NCBI GenBank assembly: GCA_964016885.1
Contig: OZ024743.1
Coordinates: 196,974,001 to 197,038,000 of the forward strand
Length of the DNA: 64,000 nt
Direction: 5' to 3'
DNA from: Eledone cirrhosa
Taxonomy: Eukaryota
Shown: positions 52,405-64,000 of the stretch, piece by piece
How the letters are laid out: each line of letters begins with the position of its first letter
Numbering within the stretch: the stretch's first letter is position 1
Position numbers and translations under genes: made by a program
Notes under the pieces: model-generated
Database searches by the model: none
Told to the model about the DNA's origin: nothing
The model's input: the letters and a program-made list of their open reading frames with translations, nothing else

Positions 52405-52422
52405 TTGCAGTTTGATACTCAC

Positions 52423-52583
52423 GATCCCATTTTATATGCTCCTGGACCTCCTGGCCAAGATCGAACATATTTAGGGTCAGCCATTAAGGTAACAGGTTTC
52501 ATACCTGTGGGGAAGTAGGGTCCTACTGGACCAGCAATTACAAATAATAAGGCTCTGTTAGACTGGCTGACACCCAAAGTTGG
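52423..52583 (-). CDS. BCAT: branched-chain amino acid aminotransferase exon (contains the PLP-binding Lys)
   Basis: ttgtag|CCA...TC|gtgagt on the minus strand. [53 protein letters not shown], matching BCAT1/2. Confidence 0.95.
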
Positions 52584-52801
52584 CTACAAAGGAAAGAGAA
52601 GAGAAAGAAAAACAATGAGAAATGTATCTATACTTTTATACATATATATCATCATCATCATCATCATCGTTTAACGTCCATCTTCCACACTAGCATGGGT
52701 AGGACAATATATATATAATAGTTTATCCCGGGTTCAATCGGGGGTAACCACAGTAAGTAAGGTACTCAATAGATAGAGTATAAATATTTAATATAGAAAT
52801 G

Positions 52802-52850
52802 GCTTCTACAAGACTAGAACTGTTTCATTTGGGAGAAATCATCAGGAAGC
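52802..52850 (-). ncRNA. type I hammerhead (broken mirror copy at 52849-52897 on +)
   Basis: Minus strand gcttc-CTGATGA-tttctcccaaat-GAAA-cag..ttg-TA-gaagc. Stem I gcttc/gaagc, GUA triplet, weak stem II. Confidence 0.72.
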
Positions 52851-53004
52851 TTCCTGATGATTTCTCCCGAATTAAACAGTTCTAGTCCTGCAGAAGCCAT
52901 TTCTATATTAAATGTATATATATATATATATAAAGAAAAAGAGATGAAATCGAAAATGCAACTGGAGTCTTATTTTTTTAAAAAATATATATATTTATTT
53001 GGTT

Positions 53005-53039
53005 CCTTTACCGATTTCGCAGTTCTGCTTTTCAAAAGG
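53005..53039 (-). ncRNA. minimal hammerhead, U3-A8 core
   Basis: Minus strand cctt-TTGAAAA-gcag aa ctgc-GAAA-tcgg-TA-aagg. Confidence 0.62.
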
Positions 53040-53163
53040 TGAGTTGAGATGGAGGGAATAAGACTCCAGTTGCATTTTTGATTTCATCTCTTTTTCTTTA
53101 TACTTTCACTCGTGTAGGACACCTCGGTTATTTTTCATTTTGTAAAAAAAACCTCACTGTCTA

Positions 53164-53196
<33 letters not shown>

Positions 53197-53469
53197 AAAA
53201 ATTGAAAAACGTGAATAGTGTGTTGTTATATTTGGGGTGAGTCGTGTTGTCCTAATATTGCCAAAAAATAGTAAAACACACTCACTGTTTGATTTGGTTT
53301 TCGATTCAGTATATCATTATATTTTTATAAATAATTTAGCTGGCAATCAATGTTTATCATTGGTATACTATTTTTTGGCAATATTGGGACTTTCATCAAA
53401 TTGGACCGAGGAAACAATGTTTCCATTGGTCTTTCCAGTTGCTAATACTATCTATCGGTCGCAACTCCA

Positions 53470-53595
53470 GGTAGAAGGAGCAACGTGAAATAAAGTGTCT
53501 TGCTCAAGGACATAATGCATCGACCGGTCCAGGAATCAAACTCACAACCTTAAGATTGTGAATCTAATTCTCTAACCACTCAGCCACACGCCTTC
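53470..53595 (-). mobile_element. second tRNA-derived SINE family (also at about 27135-27220)
   Basis: Minus strand tggctgagtgg A-box, gtttgattcc B-box, gtccttgagcaagacactt core. Confidence 0.7.
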
Positions 53596-55254
53596 CCTAA
53601 ATGACACTCCCCAAATATAACAATATCTGTTTCAACACAGGATTTCATATAAAAAACCTTGCAAAACAAATATATTGCTGCTATAAATGGTGTATTTTAT
53701 TAGAAATATGCTATGAAAAGAGTTAAGGTAAATTTGTCTGCTATTTCTAGCAGGTTGACTATGTAAACTTAGTAAACTCGGCAACAGCTGTAGAGAATAT
53801 TTGGGATGTCAGATTCCAGTGAAAGGACTAAAACTATACAAGTCACAACTATTATTGGTAATGTCAGTCAACATGTTATCTGTTCATCAGGGATATATTT
53901 TATTTATTTTGTACAAAAGTTATACAATGATGAAAAATATCAAAAAAGGATAAAAACAAAATTAAGAAATGCAAAAAAAGGGGAAGGGGTAAAGAAGAGC
54001 AGATCTGGCTTTATAGGAAAAAAGGAAAGGATCATAAATGAATAAGTGAGAGGAAAAGGAGGGAAAGAACAAGGACTAATAGACCATGGAAGAGGAGAGG
54101 GTGATAGACTCTACACCTAGGTCAGAGCGGTTATTCGGCTGTGTCTTTCCAACAAAATTGCAATAAACTATAAACACAACCAACAAATTGTTTATCTAAA
54201 ACAAAATTAATACTACCATGGGAAATAATAAATAAATTATTAAAACTAGAAGGCAGCTGTTAATTGTTGTCTATGGACAATACACTCCTTGTTCATTTTT
54301 ATTTAACCCTTTAGCATTTAAACCTGTATCTGGCCATAATTACCCCACCTCTTTCTATTCAAACCGTCCATAACTGGCCACTCAAACTGATGTTAATGTA
54401 TTGTTCTCAAAATAAATAATATCAAGATCTCATAGATTCGATATTATGCAAGATAAAGCCTAAAAATACAATATATACAGTAATGTAACTGCTAAAGGGT
54501 TAAGTTGTGGACATACAGCTGTATGTTTGTATGTTTATAAACAGGCACCAGCAGAAACAGAGGGGTAGATTTAAAAAAGAAAACATTTTGAAGAAGATAG
54601 GAGTCAATCTAAGTGTAGCTTGCTTTTGGTGTGAGTAATAGCTGGGATATTTAGGAAGGGGTCATAAGGATTTTATAGGATTCAGTAAGTGAAGAGTTTG
54701 GTATATTTAGCAGTTGTAGACAATGGGCAGGGGTATAATAAAATTGGAGGGATACTTGCTGTGAATTAAAGTCATCTTAAAGACAAAGCAAATACTGGAT
54801 CTGTTAACCTTGGATCTAAGTGGGCTACTGACAAACACATCTCAGAGAAAATAAATATTGAAATTGTCATATGAGTCATCTGGGCACAAATTACCAATGG
54901 TTGGTAGGCTGGTGACAGAATTGATACAGAGCTGTGAGCTCTTCTAAATATTACATATACTTGGAGAGCAGTGTTTCCAAAAGTGGATTCCAAAGAAGCT
55001 AAACGTTCAGTTCAGTCATGGAGGTTTTCTTTGATAACTTTTTTTCATGAAAATCTATTAAAGGTTATTTAAAAATAATTGAAAATACATAACAAATTTA
55101 TTTACAATTTAATAGAAGCAGAAAAAAAAAATAGATTGAGAAGAAAGAATGGAATGTAAAATAAAAAAAAGATATATAAAAACAGAAAAGGAAGGGAAAG
55201 GCAAGGGCTCTAGGGTCACAGAAGAATGGGGAGGGTGATGCGCTTTGGGCTTAG

Positions 55255-55430
55255 GGCGCAGCAATTATGTGGCTGCACTTCACAGAGAAGTCTGCTGCAA
55301 TAGCCATCCCACCTTGCTGAGCACCTTCCTCAGACGGGCCACTGACATTCTGATCTTGCGGAGGATATCGGGAGTACGGGGTCCAAGTACGCCTGAGGTC
55401 TCGACAGCGACTGGTGCAAAGAAGGGTGGC
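55255..55430 (-). mobile_element. remnant of an RLE-bearing (CRE-like) non-LTR retrotransposon C-terminus
   Basis: Minus strand FFAPVAVETSGVLGPRTPDILRKI...GWLLQQTSL. Confidence 0.55.
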
Positions 55431-57178
55431 TGAACAATCCCTGGTATTTGTTTGTCTTCCTTTCCTCTGCATTATATTATAATTATTATTATGGTGGATT
55501 GGCAGAATCGGTAGAGCGTCGGAAGACATGCTTTGCAGCAAAGAGTTACAGCCCTTTATGGTCTGAATTCAAATCCCACCGAGGTTAACTTTGCCTTTCA
55601 TCCTTACAGAGTAGATAAAATAAAGTACCAGTAATACACTGGTTATTTGCTGGCCTTGTGCCAAAAGTAGAAACAATCAGAATTTCATTTTATATATATA
55701 TATATATTCCAGAATGTTTTACTTCAGATTATCTGTTGTTTACATATAATAGTTTCTTATATAGGCACAAGGCCAGCAATTACCTAGTGCATTACTGGTA
55801 CTTTATTTTATCGACCCCGTAAGGATGAAAGGCAAAGTTAACCTCGGCGGATTTGAACTCAGAACATAAAGGGACGTAACTCTATGCTGCAAAGCATGGC
55901 GTCCGACACTCTACCGATACTGCCAATCCCCTGCCCTTGTTTACATATAACACTCAGATAGATGGGTCTGTTAAAAACATAAACACAATAAATAGCTGTG
56001 AATGAAGTACTTTCAACTACACTATACATCAGACTTAAAGACTAGAGAACACATTGAATAATGTGGTTCTACAAGGTGCGGCAAAAAAACCTCCAACATT
56101 TTAAGGGTTGATCGGGTAAAATATAGAAGGTTTTTCTGCCGCAAACAAAAACAGAAAAAAGAAAAAAAAAGAAAAAATATTAGTTAAGGCAGAAACGCCT
56201 TTGATCACAGATAAGTGACCTGGGGCTAAAACATAACAACAACAAGAATAAATGGCTTCTGAGAGAAGTGAAATCAGCTAGATACACAGAGCGGACACCC
56301 ACCAGGGGGAATGACTGTTGATAGTTATTAATATGGCAGGGGTGTTTGACATAGGCTCCACTGGGAGTTGGCTGTCTTCTTTTGTTTGCATGCACTTATG
56401 AAAATCACAAACCAAAAAGCAAACAGACTTGAAACTGGTTCTCTGCCAAACTACTGTTTAAAACTTGTAACATAATCTCCAGAAAAAAAAAAACCTATGT
56501 AGATTGGTGCACAATATAACAGAAGATTTTGTTAAGGACAGGTACAAGAAATACCCCCATCCCTGAGACACCACCACCACCAACATTACCATCACCATCA
56601 CCACTACCATCAACACCACCACCAGAAAAATAAAATATAAAGAAAGCTAAGAAACAAATGAAACTAAATGAAACAGAATACTTTTAAAAGAAAGTGAAAA
56701 AAAAAGTTATAATGCATGGATTGTGTCACCATTTCTCTTGAATTAAATGAACAAGAGAGAAAAAAATAACAACCAAAACACAAACAAACAAGTTGTGGAG
56801 GTAGGAAGAATGAATCTTTGGAAAATAAAACTGATACCATCTCTTCTTTTAGGTGGATCTTTTGATAAGAAAGCTGGGTGAGATAAGCAAGAAGGCATGT
56901 TTAAAACTGAATTAACATAACCCTTGAAAAAATAAATGTAATGAAAGACATGATGCAAGATTTGAAGAAATTATCTCAAAGTAAAGTTGAGAAGAGGAGG
57001 AGGGTGTCTGTGTGCTTTGGTGGAAATTCACAAAAGAGGGGAAAGTAAAAGAAGGCATCAGAAGAGCAACAAGGATGTCTAAATAGAACCTGATCCAATA
57101 AAATACTGTTATAAGGAAAGGAGAACAAAAGACTCCCAAAATATACATATAGAGAAATAGAGAGAGATCGAGGGCAAG

Positions 57179-57209
<31 letters not shown>

Positions 57210-57401
57210 TCGGCTGTGTGTAGAGGGTGATGGAGACAATGTTTTTGTTGGTTGTATGCCACCCAGCAAGCCAGTGATAATGGGAAACAATGGTACTTGA
57301 TAGATAGATAGATAAAACAGGAACTTTAGAACTAACTTTGTTTGCTCCTGCTCAGTGTATTTGTGTTTGGACTTCTACTGGAATATGTGTCGGAATGTGT
57401 G

Positions 57402-57403
<2 letters not shown>

Positions 57404-57493
<90 letters not shown>

Positions 57494-57621
57494 TAAGTAT
57501 ATATGTGTATATATATATATGTGCATATATATATGTGTGTGTATATATATGTGTGTGTATATATATGTGTGTGTATATATATATGTATATATATGTGTGT
57601 ATATATATATGTATATATATA

Positions 57622-57668
<47 letters not shown>

Positions 57669-57756
57669 ACATGTATATCTGTATGTATAAATATATGTAT
57701 ATATATGTGTGTGTATCTGTGTGTATATATACACGTATACACACACACACACACAC

Positions 57757-57805
<49 letters not shown>
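57404..57805. repeat. (TA)n/(TG)n microsatellite block (another at 1274-1818)
   Basis: Directly visible dinucleotide repeats. Confidence 0.97.
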
Positions 57806-58665
57806 GAGTTTCCAGCAGTAAATGTTTCCAAATAGGGAATAATAGAAGAAATAACTGTAGGAGTTTGTGTGTGATTCTGTGTTAGTAAACACACTGTGTT
57901 ATGTATGAGTGAGTGGTGTGTGTATGTATGTGACTGTATGTGTACAATTATGTGTTTGTGCTTTTATTTGTGCGTGTGTGTGTGTGTGCTCATGTGTGTA
58001 GTTTCTTGTGTGTGTGTTAAAGTGAGAAAGTGTGGAGGCTGAAAACCTCTGTATACACAGGTGAGGTGTGAACAACATCAGTAGAAATACAGGGTGTGTA
58101 TGTGTGTACCTGTGTGTGTGTGTGTATGTATACCTCTTTGTGTATAAGTGTGAGTATGTATGTATACCTCTTTGTGTATAAGTGTAAGTGTGTATGTATA
58201 TGTGTGTGTGGCTGTACAAGTTGAGCTGATAGTATGTGTATGTGCGCCTCAGAGTCTATGTAAGAACAGAACTGATGATGTGTGTGTGTGTGTGTGTGTG
58301 TGTGTGTCTGAGTATGTGTAAGAATTGAGCTGATGGTGTGCATGTGTATGTATGTTTGTATGTATGTATGTGTACTTCTGAGTGTGTGTGTGTGTATATG
58401 AGCCTTGAGTGTGTGTAAAAACTGACCTGGTGGTGGTGTGTGTGTATGTGTGCTTCTGAGTGTGTTAGTGTAAAAACTGAGCTGATGGTGAGTGTGTGTG
58501 AGAGAAGACGTGGGTAGAGGGGAGGGCAGAATCCACACCACTTGCAGAGAGATGGGACATGTCTAAGAGACAGAGAAAAAGCAGAAGTCTTTGAAGTCCC
58601 AGTCAGCTTTCTCAAACAAAGTAAATAGATTTAAATAAATAGAAGCAACATAGAGAGGTTCATTG

Positions 58666-59012
58666 GAGGGTGATGGTGATGGTGGTGGCAATGGTAGTGG
58701 TGGTGGTAGGAATGGTAGTGGTGGTGGTGGTGAAGGTAGTGGTGGTGGTAGTGATGGTAGTGGTGATGGTGGTGAAGGTAGTAATGGTGGTGATGATGGT
58801 GGTGGTGGTGGTGATGGTGGTGGTAGTGATGGTGGTGGTATGGTGGTGGTGAAGGTAGTGATGGTGGTGGTGATGGTAGTGAAGGTAGTAATGGTGGTGG
58901 TGGTGGTGATGATGGTGGTGGTGGTGGTGATGATGATGGTGGTGGTGATGATGATGGTGGTGGTGGTGGTGACGATGATGGTGGTGGTGGTGGTGATGAT
59001 GGTGGTGGTAAT
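58666..59012. repeat. (GGT/GAT)n trinucleotide repeat
   Basis: Directly visible. Confidence 0.95.
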
Positions 59013-60751
59013 GACTGTCAAGAACTCCCCTTTTTTCACACACCCCTCTCTCCCTCCCTCACAATGATTCCATCTTCCCTGAGTGCCTGGAGTTAGAGGA
59101 GGGGGAGAGAGAAAGCAACCCCACTGAGCACCCAGAGAGTGAGGGAGCAGCCCATCTGAACGCCCAGAGAGAGAGAGAGAGAAAGCAGCCCCTCTGAGCA
59201 CCCAAAGACAGAGAGAGAGACAAAGAGAAAGCAGCCTTTCTGAGCACCCAAAGTAGAGAGGGAGACATAGGAGGAAGAGAGTGAGAGAGAGTAACTCCTC
59301 TGAACACCCAGAGAGTGAGGGAGCAGCCTATCTGAACAGGCCGAGAGAGAGAGAGAGAGAGGGGAGAGAGGGAGAAAGCGACCCCTCTGAACACCTAGAG
59401 GGAGAGAGCAGCTCCTCTGAACAAATAGGGAGAGAGAGAGAGAGGGGGGGGGGTGAGATTTGTCTTTCATTCCCTGCCATAACACAGGAAAGTGGGAAGC
59501 ATCTCTATTAAAATGCCAAGTCTTTTGTTATTTCAAGAATAAACAAGAACCACAAGATCTGTAAAAAAAGAAAACAGTTAATTTCCTTGTTATGGTCTAA
59601 AATATACACGGAATTCTTGTCTTTATTCATATTCAATTGTAGATATTTACAAACAGAAAGAGGGAGCAAAAAAAAAAAAAAATGGAGAAAAATAAAACAG
59701 GAGAAATGGGGGTCAGGTAAACTGTCATTCTTGGCTGGGCAATACTCTGGGGTGTTGTCTCAAATAATCCCCCCTTCCACGCTTATTAACCCCTCCCCAC
59801 ACACCTACTCTAGAGTGAAGAGTCTGCTGCTCCCTTTCTCTTTCCCCTTTCATTATTTATTTTCAGGAGGGTGGTGGATTGGCAGTAGAGTATAGCTCCG
59901 GACAATATACTTTGTAGCACAGAGTTACGTCCCTTTACGTTCTGAGTTCAAATCCCGCTGAGGTTAGCTTTGCCTTTCATCCTTACAGGGTCGATAAAAT
60001 AAAGTACCAGTCACACACTGGGGGTCGATCTGATCGACTTTCCCCTCCTCCAAATTTGCTGGCCTTGTGCCTTATAGTAGAAATCATTATTAAGTCTCAG
60101 GTCTCGAATAATTGCCCCTCCTCCCAACTCCACCCTGCTTATTAATTTTTCAAATTTTTTCCAAACCAGTCCCCCACCCCCTTACACCAATGGCCAGCCA
60201 ACACAGGCTGGAGATATAACGTGTAGCAACAAGGGCGGTGCCCCAGCATGGCCTCACCCGGATGGCTGGAACAGGTAAAAGAGTAAAAGACCATTAAATT
60301 TTACTGGTCTATCTCTGGTGAGATCTTATTTTAATTAGTAGCATTCCTGCGACAAATTTTCTTTATAAATAAAAAAAAAACATTATACATGACAAAAAAT
60401 TACATTACTAGAAATCCATTGTGTTATAAAATATATAAGGTTGGTGGGGGTCTCAATATGTAAACTAAATGACTAATTCTGGTTTCTTAAAAAAATCAAC
60501 GGAGACAAACTAGAAAAATTACCAATTTTTCACCACCCCTGCTTATTCTAATTTCCCCACTTATTCTCCACCCCCTAATTTGGGACCCGAGAGTACATAC
60601 ACAAGACTCAGTAATATCTATTGAATCTATGACATATGGATCTTTTCATAAGCATTCTTACTTGGGGACCATTAAAAAATCTTTACTTTAACCCTTTAGT
60701 TACCAATCAGACCAAACCGAATGTATATATGTATGTATGTGTGTGTGTGTG

Positions 60752-60807
<56 letters not shown>

Positions 60808-61674
60808 ACCCTTTAATGCTCAAACCGGCCAAAACCGGCCAGAATTCTCTACCTCTTTCTGTTGAAACTCGCTGTAACTGGTCACTCAAACTGATGTTTT
60901 AAGGTATTGTTTTCAAAATAAATACTTTCAAAATCTCATAGATTCGATATTATGTGAGGTAAAGCCTTTACCATAAAAATATAATAGTATATATAATGTA
61001 AAGTTATGTTGGTACCACAACATCAAGTCCTAAACAAATGAGGTCGTGTAGGTGTCACAACAAAAAAACACACAGTCCACGCTGTAATGTGGCCGTGTAG
61101 GTAACACGGTAAAAACCTCCCAGTTCCACACTGTAAATGTGGTTGGTGTTAGGAAGGGCATCCAGCCGTAGAAAACCCGCCAGACAGTCCTATGCGAGCA
61201 AGACAATCACTCTTGCCTCAAGTGGGACAACTCCCGTCCAAACCCATGCTAGCGTGGAAGATGGATGTTAAACGATGATGATGATGATATATACATATAC
61301 ACACACACATATTCTCACAAAGTAGAGGAAAGGGTAAATCTGTATGTGTGTGTGTGTATTTTTCCATTTATGGTAACATCATGAAATTAGCCATCAGCAA
61401 ATGAATAAATTATTATAAATGATGACGATATTGATGACTATGATGATAATGATGATGATGATAGTAGGTGTGTACTGGCGGTGGTAGTGATAGCAATGAC
61501 TAAATGACAGAGATGACTATAAAGATATTTGCAACAATGATGGCAATGATGATGATGATGATGATGATAGTGATAACAATGACAGCCATGTTGATGAGAA
61601 TCATCACCATCACTATCATTATAATCATCATCAACATCATGATTAAACCATACCAAGAATCCTGAGCCCCAACC

Positions 61675-63090
61675 ATAACCACCACCACCACCACCATCAT
61701 CAACAACCTACCACCACCACAACTACCGCCATTGTCAACAGCACCTCACCAACAAGAACACCATCACAACAGATACTACCACCACCACCACCACCACCAC
61801 CACCACTGCCAGCACAACTACAACCTCAATACCCACCACTACTAATACAACAGCTACCACCACCACCACCACCACCACTGCCAGCACAACTACAACCTCA
61901 ATAGCCACCACTACTAATACAACAGCTACCACCACCACCACCGCCACTACCACTGCCAACACAACTACAACCTCAATAGCCACCACTACTAATACAACAG
62001 CTACCACCACCACCACCACCACCACCACCACCACCACCACTGCCAGCACAACTACAACCTCAATAGCCACCACTTCTAATACAACAGCTACCACCACCAC
62101 CACCACTGCCAGCACAACTACAACCTCAATAGCCACCACTTCTAATACAACAGCTACCACCACCACCACCACTGCCAGCACAACTACAACCTCAATAGCC
62201 ACCACTTCTAATACAACAGCTACCACCACCACCACCACTGCCAGCACAACTACAACCTCAATAGCCACCACTACTAATACAACAGCTACCACCACCACCA
62301 CCACTGCCACCACCACCACCACCAACACAACTACAACCTCAATAGCCACCACTACTAATGCAACAGCTACCACCACCACCACCACCACTACCACTGCCAA
62401 CACAACTACAACCTCAATAGCCACCACTACTAATACAACAGCTACCACCACCACCACCACTGCCAGCACAACTACAACCTCAATAGCCACCACTTCTAAT
62501 ACAACAGCTACTACCAACACTATCACCACCACCACTACCACTATAACCTCCACCATTATATAACACTGCCATAATAAAAACTACTAACACCATAACAAGT
62601 ACCACCACCACCACCATCACTACTACCACCACCGCCATCATAAAAACCACCACAACCACCACCACCACAACCATGATGACAAGTACTACCACCACTACCA
62701 TCCTCATAACAACTACCACCACCATCATTATCATAACTACCACCAACACCATTATCATAACTACCACCATCATCATAACAACTACCGCCACCACTACCAC
62801 CACCACAACCACAACCATCATAACAACTACCACCACCACAACCATCATAACAACTACCACCACCACTACCATCATAACAACTACCACCACCACCACCACC
62901 ACCACCACCATCATAACAACTACCACCACCACCACAACCATCATAACAACTACCACCACCACCACAACCATCATAACAACTACCACCACCACCATAACAA
63001 CTATCACTATCACCACCACCACCACCATAACTACCACCAGCACTACCATAACAACTACCACCACCACCACCACCACCACCACCACCACAG
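61675..63090. repeat. (ACC)-derived repeat with a higher-order unit of about 60 bp (61780-62515)
   Basis: Unit actgccagcacaactacaacctcaatagccaccactactaatacaacagct+(acc)n, about 11 copies. Confidence 0.92.
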
Positions 63091-63529
63091 GATTAACAGC
63101 TAACTACATCAATGATATTTCACTTTGAACTTTTATTTTCCTTCTTTTTTTTTCTTTATGAACTGAAAGTTAACTTTATGTATTAGTGTGTGTGTGTGTG
63201 TATTTTAGAATGTGTGTATGTGTGTGTTTTAGAGGTTTGTGTGTATGTGTCTACTTTAGAGTGTTGTGTTGTGTGTATGTGTGTGTTGTGTTGTGTGTGT
63301 GTGCTGTGTGTGTATGTCTCTACTTTAGAGCGTTGTCTGTATGTATTTAGAGTGTTGTGTGTGTTTTAAAGTACTGTCTTTAGTGGTGTGTGTATGTATG
63401 TATGTTTAATGTGTGCATATTTATATGTATGTATTTATGTATGTTTAATGTACGTATGTATGTATGTATGTAAAAAGAGGGAGAAAATAAGATACAGATA
63501 GAGAGAAAAAGAAAGTGTGTGTGAAAGTG

Positions 63530-64000
63530 TGTGTGTGTGTAAGTCCAGGAGTGAGGGTGTAATAGGGAGACAGAGAGTGTGTGTGTAAGTCCAGGAGTGA
63601 GGGTGTAATAGGGAGACAGAGAGTGTGTGTGTAAGTCCAGGAGTGAGGGTGTAATAGGGAGACAGAGAGTGTGTGTGTGTAAGACCAAGAGTGAGGGTGT
63701 AATAGGGGGACAGAGAGTGTGTGTGTGTAAGACCAGGAGTGAGGGTGTAATAGGGGGACAGAGAGTGTGTGTGTGTAAGTCCAGGAGTGAGGGTGTAATA
63801 GGTAGAGAGAGAGTGTGTGTGGAAGTCCAGGAGTGAGGGTGTAATAGGGAGACAGAGAGTGTGTGTGTAAGTCCAGGAGTGAGGGTGTAATAGGGGGACA
63901 GAGAGTGTGTGTGTGTAAGTCCAGGAGTGAGGGTGTAATAGGGGGACAGAGAGTGTGTGTGTAAGTCCAGGAGTGAGGGTGTAATAGGGGGACAGAGAGT
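63530..64000. repeat. G-rich minisatellite, unit about 44-48 bp
   Basis: gtaagtccaggagtgagggtgtaatagggagacagagagt(gt)n, about 10 copies, runs off the window. Confidence 0.95.

Noticed and set aside
51967-52518. Poly-Lys / poly-Phe ORFs
   Set aside because: Artefacts of the (AAAAAAG)n array; the real exon is 52423-52583 on the minus strand.
57332-59201. Many long ORFs (YI/HT/poly-G/poly-T repeats)
   Set aside because: Translations of di- and trinucleotide microsatellites.
52584-64000. Upstream BCAT exons
   Set aside because: No LYIRP-type exon was recognised on the minus strand; presumably beyond the window.

Overview
Repeat-dense eukaryotic (animal) DNA, most likely a cephalopod such as Octopus; this is inferred from the (TA)n load, the tRNA-derived SINEs and the RTE LINEs with (GAT)n tails. 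Two spliced genes lie tail-to-tail: the last 7 coding exons of MED16 (+, 12697-25507) and the last 6 coding exons of a branched-chain amino acid aminotransferase (BCAT, -, 52583-40909). I did not find their 5' exons in the window. Introns and intergenic DNA hold a broken L1/Tx1-type LINE with a 15-bp target-site duplication (TSD), RTE and CR1 LINEs, a CRE-like remnant, a DD37D (maT) transposase fragment, piggyBac- and Tc1-type MITEs, a Helitron 3' end, many SINEs and several satellites. The most notable signal is invisible in the ORF track: about ten mutually unrelated short elements, mostly embedded in (TA)n, each carrying a type I hammerhead ribozyme (HHR) fold. Most are head-to-head palindromes. 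One is a 421-nt tandem resembling a retrozyme. Two carry the compensatory U3-A8 core and two carry deviant cores shared between copies. They look like termini or non-autonomous derivatives of Penelope-like elements. All folds were done by eye and none has been tested for activity.
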